From the NCBI RefSeq assembly GCF_051207375.1, contig NZ_JBPJZD010000003.1, positions 525,612-557,611 of the forward strand: a stretch of 32,000 bases of DNA, given 5' to 3'. Made by a program: the position numbers and the translations under genes. Positions within the stretch are counted from its first letter, which is position 1, and every line of letters begins with the position of its first letter. Below are positions 23,075 through 32,000 of this stretch, piece by piece. Source of the DNA: Haloarchaeobius sp. DYHT-AS-18. GTDB lineage: Archaea > Halobacteriota > Halobacteria > Halobacteriales > Natrialbaceae. Below the pieces are notes generated by a model, which had not been told where the DNA came from, did no database searches, and saw only the letters and a program-made list of their open reading frames with translations.

Positions 23075-25876
23075 ATGATTCCTCGTTCTCCCGCCGACCC
23101 GGCATCCACCCCCGTGGAGATACTGACGGTCACGGACTCCGGGCTGGACGAGGCACTCACCGCCGAATCCCAGGAGTGGGGAGTGGAACTTACGCAGGCC
23201 GAGTCGCTGGACGCGGCACTCGACCGACTCGCTGACGGCGAGGCGTACGACTGTCTCCTCGTCGACTGGGACTGTTTCGACCGGGCTCCCGACGAGCTGT
23301 CGGCCCTCGCGGCATCACACGTCGGACCGAACCTGTTGGTCATCGTCGAGGAGATGACCGAATCGGTCGTCGACCGGGTCGAACAGACGATGACCGTCGA
23401 GTTCTTCCCGGTGGACGGCCCACTCGCGCTGCTCGTCAACCGTCTCAGGTTGCTCGCGCAGGCGAAACGCTCCCAGGCACAGTTGCGACAGGAACAGACG
23501 TTCGCGCGAACGGCCCTCGACGCCGTCTCCGACCTCTTCTACGTCCTCGACGAACACGGTGAACTGTCCTTCTGGAACGAACGAACCGCGGCGGCGACCG
23601 GCTACGATTCGGAGTACCTGGCGTCCGCACACCTCACCGACCTGCTGACAGACGAGGACGGAACCCGCATTCGTGACGCACTCGGACGGGTGATGAACGG
23701 GCGCACCGTGACGGTCAGGGCCACACTCGACAGGGCAGACGGGCAACGGATTCCGTACGAGTTCACGATTGCACCACTGCGACAGGACGACGACGTGGTC
23801 GGCACCTGCGGCGTCGGGAGGGACGTCCGCGGGCGCGAACGCCGGCTCGACCAGCTCAAGACGAGCCACCGGCGGTTCGAGGCGGTGTTCGACGACCCCG
23901 TCGCGTTCATGGGGCTGCTCTCCCCCGATGGGACGCTCATCGACGTGAACGACCGGGCGGTCGGCTTCATCGACGCTGGACGCGGTGAAGTCCTCGGACG
24001 GACGTTCTGGGAGCTGCCCTGGTGGCAGCACTCGGAGCACGAGCGAGAGCGTGCCAGACGGGCGGTCTCCCGGGCTGCAGACGGTGAATTCGTCCGGTTC
24101 AAGACGACGAATCGAGGCGAGGGCGACGAGCTGGTGTACCTGGATTGTTCGCTCCGCCCGGTCGCGACCGACGATGGGACGGTGCGCTCTATCATCGCCG
24201 AGGGCATCGACATCACCGAACAGGTGCTCGCGACCAGGGAGCGCGAGTTACTCCTCGACACCATCCAGGCGGCCGCACAGGCGACGACGTTCGACCACGC
24301 GCTGGAAGAGACGATCAATCGCGTCGTCGAATCGACCGAGATGGTGTACGGCGAAGGCTGGGTCGAAGACGGTGACGTACTGGGTCTGGCAAAGTCGTGG
24401 TACAGCACAGAGGAGACCTCGGCTCCGTTCGGTACTCGAAGCGAGACCCTCACGTTCGACGTCGGCGAGGGACTCCCGGGGCGCGTCTGGCAAACCCGGG
24501 AACCGGAGTGGCTGACGTCCCTGACCAACACCGGGGACAGCGCGTTCGCCCGAACCGACCTCGCACACGCCCACGGACTGCAGTCGGCCGTCGGCGTCCC
24601 GATTCTCGGTGAGGGGAACCGACCTGTGGCTGTCCTGGTGTTCATGGCCGACAAGCCGACCGACCGTGACGAGCGCTTCCTGAAGCTCCTCCGGTCCATC
24701 TCCACCCACCTCGGCGCGGTCCTCCAGCGCCGCCTCGCACAGGACGACCTGGAGGCCGAGCGCCAGCGACTCGACCGCATCCTCGCGACGAGCCCGGTCG
24801 GCATCGTCGTCCTCGGCCCCGGGGGGGCGGTACGACGCGAGAACCGACGCGCCCACGACATCCTCAGACTCGACTCCGACCAGACCATCGCGGACTCGTT
24901 CCAGGAGCGGTCGTGGCTGCTGACCGACGAGATCGGTGAGCCACTCGACGGGGACGAAATCGTCTTCGAGTCCGTCCGTGAGACCGGCGAATCGGTGTTC
25001 AACGAGGTCCGGATCGTCACGCACCCGTCGGGAGAACGTCGGTGGTTGCTGTTCAACGCTGCACCGGCCGACAGCGTGACCGGGACGGAGGTCATCGTCT
25101 CGTTCTCGGATATCACCGCCCAGAAAGAGCGCCAGCGCGTCCTGCAGAACCAGGCCGAGCGCGTGAGCGTCCTGAATCGCGTGCTCCGACACGACCTGCG
25201 GACGAACCTGACGATCATCGGTGGGGTCGTCGACCTCGTCCGGGAGCGCGGCGAGGCCAGGCCGGACCAGCTCGAGACCATCCAGCACTCCATCGACCAT
25301 CTGGCCGAGGTGGGCAAGCAGGCACGCGAGATCGAGCAGGCGTTCGAACGGACCGGCCGGGTCCGGGTGTCCGTGGACGAGATGGCCGAGGCGGCGGTCA
25401 CGGCCGCCAGGGAGACACACCCGGCGGCGGAGTTCGTCCTCGATTGCGAGTCGGTGCCGGCGGTGTCGGGCCACGAGCGGTTCCGGCTGGCCCTCGACCA
25501 CCTGTTGGACAACGCCGTCACACACGCTGACACCGAGGCACCGGCGGTCCACGTCGACGTCTCACAGGTCGACGACGCCCACGTCGCGGTCACCGTCAGC
25601 GACGACGGCCCGGGCATCCCCGAGAACGAGGTTGCGGTCCTGGAATCGACCGAGGAGACACCGCTGGTGCACTCGAACGGCCTCGGCCTCTGGTTCGTCC
25701 ACTGGCTCGTCTCGAAGTCCGACGGTGAGTTGGCCATCTGGAACGACGACGGGGCGCACGTGCGGATGACGCTCCAGGTCGCGTCCGTCACGGAGGACAC
25801 CGAGAGTGACGGACGTGGGACTGCGGAATCGGAGGACAGCACTGAGAGTGGAAGTGATGCGGAAGCGGACGACTGA
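23075..25876 (+). CDS. Cytoplasmic multi-domain sensor histidine kinase (receiver-like N-terminus, PAS x3-4, GAF, HisKA, HATPase_c)
   Basis: 933 aa. H-box LNRVLRHDLRTNL. ATPase motifs DDGPGIP and GLGLW. No hydrophobic segments. Confidence 0.85.
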   Translation: MIPRSPADPASTPVEILTVTDSGLDEALTAESQEWGVELTQAESLDAALDRLADGEAYDCLLVDWDCFDRAPDELSALAASHVGPNLLVIVEEMTESVVDRVEQTMTVEFFPVDGPLALLVNRLRLLAQAKRSQAQLRQEQTFARTALDAVSDLFYVLDEHGELSFWNERTAAATGYDSEYLASAHLTDLLTDEDGTRIRDALGRVMNGRTVTVRATLDRADGQRIPYEFTIAPLRQDDDVVGTCGVGRDVRGRERRLDQLKTSHRRFEAVFDDPVAFMGLLSPDGTLIDVNDRAVGFIDAGRGEVLGRTFWELPWWQHSEHERERARRAVSRAADGEFVRFKTTNRGEGDELVYLDCSLRPVATDDGTVRSIIAEGIDITEQVLATRERELLLDTIQAAAQATTFDHALEETINRVVESTEMVYGEGWVEDGDVLGLAKSWYSTEETSAPFGTRSETLTFDVGEGLPGRVWQTREPEWLTSLTNTGDSAFARTDLAHAHGLQSAVGVPILGEGNRPVAVLVFMADKPTDRDERFLKLLRSISTHLGAVLQRRLAQDDLEAERQRLDRILATSPVGIVVLGPGGAVRRENRRAHDILRLDSDQTIADSFQERSWLLTDEIGEPLDGDEIVFESVRETGESVFNEVRIVTHPSGERRWLLFNAAPADSVTGTEVIVSFSDITAQKERQRVLQNQAERVSVLNRVLRHDLRTNLTIIGGVVDLVRERGEARPDQLETIQHSIDHLAEVGKQAREIEQAFERTGRVRVSVDEMAEAAVTAARETHPAAEFVLDCESVPAVSGHERFRLALDHLLDNAVTHADTEAPAVHVDVSQVDDAHVAVTVSDDGPGIPENEVAVLESTEETPLVHSNGLGLWFVHWLVSKSDGELAIWNDDGAHVRMTLQVASVTEDTESDGRGTAESEDSTESGSDAEADD

Positions 25877-25889
25877 AGCCGGTTGGTGG

Positions 25890-25911
25890 GCGAACCGACC
25901 TAGCGGTTCGC
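25890..25911. terminator. Inverted repeat GCGAACCG-ACCTAG-CGGTTCGC between convergent genes
   Basis: 8-bp arms, 14 nt after the kinase stop and overlapping the msrA stop. No T-run. Confidence 0.3.
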
Positions 25912-26436
25912 TCTGGTCGCGAACTTCTCGCGAACCTTCTCGATCTTGGGCTGCGCGTGGAAGGTGCAGTAGGTGTCGTTCGGGTTCTTCTCGTAGTAGT
26001 CCTGGTGATAGTCCTCGGCCTCGTAGAACGTCTCCAGGGGCTCGACCTCGGTCACGATGTCGTCGTCGTAGGCTCCTTCAGCTTCGAGTTCGGCGATGAA
26101 GCCCTCGGCGAGTTCCTGCTGGTCCTCGTCGTGGGTGAAGATGGCCGAGCGATACTGGCTGCCCACGTCGGGCCCCTGTCGGTTGAGCTGGGTCGGGTCG
26201 TGGACGGTGAAGAAGACCTTGAGCAGGTCCTCGTACCCGAGTACGTTCGTGTCGTACTCGACCTGGATGACCTCGGCGTGGCCGGTGTTCCCGGAGCAGA
26301 CCTGTTCGTAGGTCGGGTCCTCGACGTGCCCGCCGGCGTAGCCGGAGGTGACGGATTCGATGCCGTCGAGTTCCTCGAACGCGGCCTCGATACACCAGAA
26401 GCAGCCACCGCCGAATGTGGCACTGTTCGTCGTCAT
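25900..26436 (-). CDS. msrA: Peptide-methionine (S)-S-oxide reductase
   Basis: GGGCFWC active-site motif. I preferred the start at ATG 26436 (MTTNSATFGGGCFWC). Confidence 0.9.
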   Translation of the reverse strand: MTTNSATFGGGCFWCIEAAFEELDGIESVTSGYAGGHVEDPTYEQVCSGNTGHAEVIQVEYDTNVLGYEDLLKVFFTVHDPTQLNRQGPDVGSQYRSAIFTHDEDQQELAEGFIAELEAEGAYDDDIVTEVEPLETFYEAEDYHQDYYEKNPNDTYCTFHAQPKIEKVREKFATRANR

Positions 26437-26577
26437 GGGATGAAGTAGGGACTCGAAGCCTAAAGACACACAGGCACCGGAAAGGCGGGAACCGGACCGG
26501 CCGGGACGAGGGCGCTAGCTGACACCTATCATGCTAATGCGCAGAACTAAGTCACCCCCCGGAGTGTACTGATAGAA

Positions 26578-28176
26578 ATGGGCCAAGACGACGCTTCCCG
26601 GCAGGCGGAACGGTTGCGGGACGCGGCCATGGACGACCCGACAGACCCGATGGGGCTGGCGGACGACCTCGCCGCGCTCGCCGCACACGACCAGCCTGCT
26701 GTCCGTCGTCTCGCGGTCGAAGGACTGTGCGAACTCGCGGAGACCAGTATCGACCCCGTCGAACCGGTACTCGACGTGGTGTTCGACGCGCTGGACGACC
26801 CCGATTCGGAGACGGTTCGAGAGGCCGTGAACGTGGTCGCAATCGTCAGCGACGAAGACCCGTCGCTGGTCCAGCCGGTCGCCTCCGACCTCTGTCGACT
26901 CCTCGAGGAGGACCGCAGGGGGACCAGCGAGGCCGCCGCCGTCGCACTGTGGCCGATCGCCTGGACGACGCCCGGAGAGGTCGTCGAGGCGGTCGACCCG
27001 CTCCGCCGGCTCCTCACCCGACCGGAGCAGGCCACTCGCCTGAGTGCGGTCGCGGTGCTCCGTGGAATCGCCTCGGAGCACCCGGAGGTCTGCGTCCGAG
27101 CGACCGAGGACCTCATCGAGCGGTGTTTCGACCGCCGGCAGAACGTCCGCGTCATGGCGACCGCCGCGCTCGGCCCGCTCGCGACGGTGTTCCCGGGACG
27201 CATCCAGCCAGCCGTCCCCCGACTGGTCCGCTGTCTCGATGACGGCGACGGCCGGGTCCGCCAGAACGTCGCCGCGGTCGTCCAGCAGATCGTCAAGGCG
27301 TACCCGGAGGTCTCGCTGGACCACCACGCCGCGTTCGTCTCACTGCTCGACGACGAGAACGAAGAGACCCGCACGAGCGCCTCGAACGTCCTCACGACGG
27401 TCGCCGACTACCGGCCGGGTGTCCTGAGCGACCATCTCGAGACGCTGGTTCGTGCCACCGGCGATGAGGATACACGCGTCGCCGCGAACCTCTACCTGGG
27501 ACTGGCGACCATCGGCTGGACACAACCTGAGGAACTGGTAGACCACCTCGACCCGCTCGCCGACGGGTTGACGCGAACCGAGGGCGTGAGTCACAACGCC
27601 GCCTACCTGCTCGGCGTGCTCGCCGAGACCTACCCGGTGGTCGTGGCGGACTACCTCGACGCCCTGTTCGAACAGCTCACCGGCGGTGTCGACCGGGTGA
27701 GCCGGAACGCGGCCTGGGCGGTCGCGGTCATCGCAGAGGACCAGCCAGCCGCAGTCGAGCGGTACCGCCACCTGCTGGTGCAGGCCCTGGACGATGACTA
27801 CGTCGCCGTCAGGGGGAACGCCGGCATCGCCCTCGGCCTGCTCGGAAATCCACCCGAGACCGCCGTCGAGGCCGTCCTCGACATGCTCGCCGACGGGGGC
27901 GACCCCCACGACGTTCGCCTGGCGAGTAGTGCTCTCGTCGCGCTGACCGACGCGAGCACGCAGGTCTCGGTCGGCGACCTGCCGGTCGAAGCCGTCCTCG
28001 ACCTGCTCTCGGCCGACAACCCACAGGTCAGGGCGAACGCGTGTATCGCGCTCGGAAACCTCGGCGTCCAGACCGCCCTCGACGACCTCTACGAGTGCCA
28101 GACCGACACCGAACCGGAGGTCAGGGACGCTGCAAAGTCCGCCGTGGAACAGGTCCACGGCCGGCGGGCGGATTGA
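26578..28176 (+). CDS. Large HEAT/armadillo-repeat protein
   Basis: 532 aa with a dozen or more repeats of the type D(E/D)xxxVRxxAxxAL. Confidence 0.75.
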   Translation: MGQDDASRQAERLRDAAMDDPTDPMGLADDLAALAAHDQPAVRRLAVEGLCELAETSIDPVEPVLDVVFDALDDPDSETVREAVNVVAIVSDEDPSLVQPVASDLCRLLEEDRRGTSEAAAVALWPIAWTTPGEVVEAVDPLRRLLTRPEQATRLSAVAVLRGIASEHPEVCVRATEDLIERCFDRRQNVRVMATAALGPLATVFPGRIQPAVPRLVRCLDDGDGRVRQNVAAVVQQIVKAYPEVSLDHHAAFVSLLDDENEETRTSASNVLTTVADYRPGVLSDHLETLVRATGDEDTRVAANLYLGLATIGWTQPEELVDHLDPLADGLTRTEGVSHNAAYLLGVLAETYPVVVADYLDALFEQLTGGVDRVSRNAAWAVAVIAEDQPAAVERYRHLLVQALDDDYVAVRGNAGIALGLLGNPPETAVEAVLDMLADGGDPHDVRLASSALVALTDASTQVSVGDLPVEAVLDLLSADNPQVRANACIALGNLGVQTALDDLYECQTDTEPEVRDAAKSAVEQVHGRRAD

Positions 28177-28205
28177 CGGTGAGAGCGGCGAATCGGGCGA
28201 CGGTA

Positions 28206-28210
28206 TTTTT
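28206..28210 (+). terminator. T5 run downstream of the HEAT gene
   Basis: TTTTT lies 30 nt after the stop, at the edge of an AT-rich island. Confidence 0.35.
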
Positions 28211-28312
28211 ATTAACTAATAGCGAGTAGCCGTGGTGCCAGAACAGCACATATCGCTTCAGACACTCGTATTCAGCAACCCCAATAAAGAATTGTACCCA
28301 CGTTTGTTAATT

Positions 28313-28355
28313 AAAACCGATTCTCCGGGTGCGTCGGGAGCGTCAACAGAATCGG
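28313..28355 (-). terminator. Hairpin (CCGATTCT/AGAATCGG) followed by T4 on the minus strand, downstream of tatA
   Basis: 8-bp arms at 28317-28324 and 28348-28355. Plus-strand AAAA at 28313-28316. Confidence 0.45.
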
Positions 28356-28371
28356 TCCGCAGCCGACGAGA

Positions 28372-28740
28372 TCAGTCCGAATTGCGCTCGGTTTCGACCT
28401 CGCGCTCGCCCGACTCGGCAGCGTCGGTTTCGGGTGGCGCATCCTCGACGGGTTCCGCCACATCGTCGTCCATCGCTGCCGGCTCGTCGGCCGGGGCAGC
28501 GTCGACCGACATGTCGTCGTCCATCTCGTCGCCGACGACGGCGCGTCGAGTCTCCTCTTTCACGCCGGTGATCTCAGCTTCCAGTTTCTCTCGGCCCTTC
28601 TGGTACTCGCCCATCGCTTCACCGCTCGCTCGTGCCAGCTTCGGCAGTTTGTCCGCGCCGAAGAGGAGAACGACGAGCAGAAGCACGACGATGAGTTCGG
28701 GGCCGCCGATGCCTCCGATGAACAGCGGTATCGTCACCAT
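28372..28740 (-). CDS. tatA: Sec-independent (Tat) translocase subunit TatA/E
   Basis: The N-terminus GGPELIVVLLLVVLLFGADKLPKLARASG is the canonical TatA TM plus amphipathic helix. Acidic C-terminal tail. Confidence 0.85.
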   Translation of the reverse strand: MVTIPLFIGGIGGPELIVVLLLVVLLFGADKLPKLARASGEAMGEYQKGREKLEAEITGVKEETRRAVVGDEMDDDMSVDAAPADEPAAMDDDVAEPVEDAPPETDAAESGEREVETERNSD

Positions 28741-28872
28741 TCTATACTCAGAGAAGCGATGCTCGAAGATAACCCTTCTACCGAGGAAATCCGATAACTC
28801 GCGGGTCAGGCGCTTACACGGTCGAACGGGTCGGGTTCAAGACCGAGGCGTCACGGGGTCCGCCGCGGTGAC

Positions 28873-30795
28873 TTAGCGCCAGACACGCGAGTAGGGCTGG
28901 ACCACGACGTCGGTCCGAATCTCCGACAGCTGGTCGACGGTCGGGGCGTTCACGATGGTGACGCGGGTGCCGTCGAGGGTGACGTGGAAGGCGTCGGCGA
29001 ACGGGCCGCGCTCGATGACCCACGTGTTCTGGCCCACACGGTCGGCACGGAACTCCTCGAGGACGTCGGTGTACGCCTCGTAGAACTCCCGTGCGTCGGT
29101 GGTGGTGTCCCACTCGGTGGCCCAGACGTACCCGTACTCGCCCTCGTTGTGGTACGGGACGATGCGGTCGCCGGCCCAGCCAGCAGAGGGCTTGCTCACG
29201 TAGTTGTAGGTGTCGTAGCTGGACTCGACGTTGGTGATGTCGTAGGCACTGATGACGCGGGAGTTCTCCTCCTTCGCGAGGTGGTAGAACATCGCGTAGA
29301 TGGACGCCTCGCCGAGGACGTCCGCACCCTCGTCACCGGATTCGAACCGGGCCCAGCCGCCCGTGGTCGCGTCGGTAACCTCGACGCGGGTCGGGCGGTC
29401 CGTGTTGGCCGGGTGGATGACCGCCTCGGTGGTCGTCGGCATGTTCTCGAACGAGTACGTCACGGCCTGCCAGCCCTTCTGCTGGACCATGTAGTCCATC
29501 CAGACGGGACCGTCGGAGTAGGGCTGGAAGATGGCGATGAGCAGCCCGGTCGCCGGGGACTCGCCGCTGGTGTCCGCGCCGGTGTTCGGCGGGCTCTGGG
29601 TGCAGGTCCAGGTGGTGCCACAGTGCTGCTTGTACAGCGCCGTGATGTAGTTGGCCTCACCCTCGACCACGCCGTTGCGGGCGAGCTGTTCGTCCTGGAC
29701 GTCCTTCAGCGAGGAGGTCAGGTCGAAGTGCTGGTCCTGCAGGGCGTGGACCATCTCGTGGACGAGCACGTTCGGGTCGACCGTCGGCTGGTCGGGGTCC
29801 GTCGAGACGATTATCATCTCGTCGGTCTTCGGTGCGTAGTAGCCGAGCACGTTCGAGCCGAACAGCTTGTTGAACTCGTCGGAGATGTTCTCGTCCTCGC
29901 CGACGATGAACAGCGCCTCCCAGACCTGGTTGTTCCACAGGGAGTGGTCCTCGGTCTCGTTGGAGCCCTCTGCGAGCTGTTCACGGTACTCCGCGCGGGA
30001 GATGATCTTCACGTCGACCGGTTCGAGGTACTCCAGCCCGCGGATGTACTCCACGCGAGCCATCGTCACCGCGACCAGGGCGTCGAGTTCGGCGTCGGAG
30101 ACGCCGTCGCTCTGGTCGATGAGGACGGTCTGGTTGTACCAGTAGCCGGCCTCGTAGCCGATGATGCCGTCGTCCTCACTGCCGATTGGCGTGCCCTCAC
30201 CGCCGTCCTCGATGGGGACGCCGCCATCGGTCGTGCCGCCGGTGTCACCGGGGATGACGTCGGGGTCGCCACCCGCCGAACTGTCACCGCCTTGCTGGCC
30301 GGCGTCCGAGCCACCGTCGTTTGCAGGGGCATCCGAGCCGCCGTCGGTGCCTGGGGCGTCGCCCCCGCCGGACGGCCCGTCGGTGTCGGGCGTGTCGGGT
30401 GTCCCGTCAGGGGATGGGTCAACGGCCGGGTCGCCGCCGTCGCTGCCGCCAGCCTCAGGGTCGGAGACGTCGGGCTCACCCGCACCGGAGCCGCCGTCGG
30501 TGACAGGTGTGTCGGGACTGTCCGGGTCGCCAACGGCCGGTTCGTCGGGCGTGTCGACATCGGGCGCGGGGGTGTCAGTCCCGGTCGCCGGGCCGTCCAC
30601 GTCGGGGCTCTCCCCACCGTCGCTCCCCTCGCCCGCAGGTGGTGTCACGTCCGGTGTGGGTGCGGGGTCATCGACGACCGGTGGATAATCGTCGTCTGGT
30701 ACGGCGCTCACGGGCGCGTCGTCGAACGAGACGAAGACAACGGTACCCGAGAGTAACACGAGGAGTGCGAGAAGCACTGCTGGGACCCCCTTCAT
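28873..30795 (-). CDS. Secreted/surface protein with HExxH zinc-metalloprotease-like motif and a long acidic Pro/Gly/Asp/Thr low-complexity linker
   Basis: 640 aa from ATG 30795 (MKGVPAVLLALLVLLSG signal/anchor). About 190 aa of low complexity, then a globular domain with VLVHEMVHALQDQH. Confidence 0.7.
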   Translation of the reverse strand: MKGVPAVLLALLVLLSGTVVFVSFDDAPVSAVPDDDYPPVVDDPAPTPDVTPPAGEGSDGGESPDVDGPATGTDTPAPDVDTPDEPAVGDPDSPDTPVTDGGSGAGEPDVSDPEAGGSDGGDPAVDPSPDGTPDTPDTDGPSGGGDAPGTDGGSDAPANDGGSDAGQQGGDSSAGGDPDVIPGDTGGTTDGGVPIEDGGEGTPIGSEDDGIIGYEAGYWYNQTVLIDQSDGVSDAELDALVAVTMARVEYIRGLEYLEPVDVKIISRAEYREQLAEGSNETEDHSLWNNQVWEALFIVGEDENISDEFNKLFGSNVLGYYAPKTDEMIIVSTDPDQPTVDPNVLVHEMVHALQDQHFDLTSSLKDVQDEQLARNGVVEGEANYITALYKQHCGTTWTCTQSPPNTGADTSGESPATGLLIAIFQPYSDGPVWMDYMVQQKGWQAVTYSFENMPTTTEAVIHPANTDRPTRVEVTDATTGGWARFESGDEGADVLGEASIYAMFYHLAKEENSRVISAYDITNVESSYDTYNYVSKPSAGWAGDRIVPYHNEGEYGYVWATEWDTTTDAREFYEAYTDVLEEFRADRVGQNTWVIERGPFADAFHVTLDGTRVTIVNAPTVDQLSEIRTDVVVQPYSRVWR

Positions 30796-30934
30796 GCGTA
30801 TAAAAACGGTATTTTGTCTGATAAGGCTTTCACGCCGCGTCGTAACGGGGTAACGACAGAGAACCATCAGGTAAGTAGAAAGGATATGAAGCCTGTGCGT
30901 CTATATCACACACGAGTGATGTACCGATCAGACC

Positions 30935-32000
30935 ATGGAAATCGAGAAGGACACCTCTGAGTTAGCTGCAAGTACCGACACCCCGCCCACGAGCAGGGAA
31001 TACGGGCCGTTCCCGCCAGCGCCAGCGCCGGACGACGACGCCGACGAGGCCACAGCCGAGCTTCTCGGCGGCCTCGAGATCGAGAGCACCGCCGACGTGG
31101 AGGTCCCGCGCATGCTCATCGACCAGGTCATCGGGCAGGACCGGGCCCGCGATATCATCGAGAAGGCCGCGACACAGCGCCGCCACGTGATGATGATCGG
31201 CTCCCCGGGGACCGGGAAGTCGATGCTCGCAAAGGCGATGGCCGAACTGCTCCCGAGTAGTGAACTCTCCGACGTGCTCGTCATGCACAACGAGGACGAC
31301 GGGAACCGCCCGAAGGTCGAGATCGTCCCGGCCGGTGGCGGCGAGCTCGTCATCAGGGAGCACCGCCAGCGCGCCCGGAAGGGGCTCCAGCTCCGCTGGT
31401 TCGCGATGTGGACGACGATACTGCTCGTGTTCATCTACACCATCATCGTCCAGCAACTGCTGCTTGGCATCCTCGCCATCGCAGTCATCTACTACATCTT
31501 CCGGAGCGGTGCCCGGAACCGGAACCGGATGGTCCCGAAGATACTGGTCGACAACAGTGAGCGCACAAGTGCGCCGTTCCAGGACGCGAGCGGTGCCCAC
31601 GCGGGGGCACTCCTCGGCGACGTGCGCCACGACCCGTACCAGTCCGGTGGGATGGAGACGCCGAGCCACGACCGCGTCGAACCCGGCGCGATCCACAAGG
31701 CCGACAAGGGTGTGTTGTTCATCGACGAGATCAACACGCTCGAGGTCCGCACGCAGCAGAAGCTACTGACGGCGCTCCAGGAGCGCGAGTACTCCATCAC
31801 CGCCCAGTCAGACACCTCGTCTGGGGCGATGGTCCACACCGAGGCGGTCCCGTGCGAGTTCGTCATGATCGCTGCAGGGAACCTCGACGCGATGGAGAAC
31901 ATGCACCCCGCACTCCGCAGCCGTATCAAGGGCTACGGGTACGAGGTCTACATGGACGACACCATCGACGACTCGCCGGAGATCCGGCGCAAGTTCGTTC
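30935..32000 (+). CDS. lonB: Archaeal membrane-bound ATP-dependent Lon protease (LonB), N-terminal 355 codons; 3' end outside window
   Basis: Hand translation of the frame from ATG 30935. Walker A is MMIGSPGTGKSML. Two TM helices are inserted in the AAA+ module (WFAMWTTILLVFIYTIIVQQLLLGILAIAVIYYIF). Walker B is VLFIDEI. The ORF is absent from the track because it has no stop in the window. Confidence 0.85.
   Translation, partial: MEIEKDTSELAASTDTPPTSREYGPFPPAPAPDDDADEATAELLGGLEIESTADVEVPRMLIDQVIGQDRARDIIEKAATQRRHVMMIGSPGTGKSMLAKAMAELLPSSELSDVLVMHNEDDGNRPKVEIVPAGGGELVIREHRQRARKGLQLRWFAMWTTILLVFIYTIIVQQLLLGILAIAVIYYIFRSGARNRNRMVPKILVDNSERTSAPFQDASGAHAGALLGDVRHDPYQSGGMETPSHDRVEPGAIHKADKGVLFIDEINTLEVRTQQKLLTALQEREYSITAQSDTSSGAMVHTEAVPCEFVMIAAGNLDAMENMHPALRSRIKGYGYEVYMDDTIDDSPEIRRKFV

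Noticed and set aside
25890-25911. GCGAACCG-N6-CGGTTCGC as a tenth operator (it contains CGAA...TTCG).
   Set aside because: The half-site spacing and sequence differ from the operator. It lies between two 3' ends, so a hairpin/terminator role is more plausible.
30160-30700. Repetitive DNA underlying the low-complexity linker, considered as a possible tandem repeat or mobile remnant.
   Set aside because: The reiterations are degenerate at the DNA level and stay in frame within a continuous ORF. This is a compositionally biased coding region.

Overview
High-GC window with an acidic proteome and archaeal markers (TFB, LonB, HTH-10 regulator, TatA), so most likely a haloarchaeon (class Halobacteria). 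Bases 1-8156 hold the 3' part of a periplasmic-type respiratory nitrate reductase operon. It reads narG (5'-truncated), narH, an EbdC-like haem subunit, narJ, a polytopic membrane protein, a HEAT-repeat protein, a DUF59-Mrp/ApbC-DUF2249 fusion and mobA. All eight genes are linked by ATGA/GTGA overlaps or a 9-nt gap. Bases 8.1-17.4 kb form an accessory island around a quinol-type nitric oxide reductase (qNor, 15042-17324). It carries two related 12-TM proteins, a cupin, a His-rich 101-aa protein ending in CGCGG placed 2 nt upstream of a radical-SAM/SPASM enzyme, a DUF59-like protein, two convergent DUF2249 genes flanking a 22-bp tandem repeat, and an HTH-10 regulator. The strongest signal is a 12-bp palindrome, CGAAC-RY-GTTCG. 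It occurs nine times in this island, almost always in promoter regions. Four copies are centred exactly 44.5 nt upstream of a start codon, which defines a compact denitrification/NO-linked regulon that takes in the uncharacterised rSAM/CGCGG module. The rest of the window is ordinary: a secreted SNase-lamin-tail nuclease, tfb, a TrmB regulator, a Tat lipoprotein, a DUF3592 protein, an aldo/keto reductase, a multi-PAS/GAF histidine kinase, msrA, a large HEAT protein, tatA, an HExxH surface protein and lonB (3'-truncated). No rRNA, tRNA, CRISPR array or transposase was recognised. Many long antisense ORFs in the track are high-GC artefacts.
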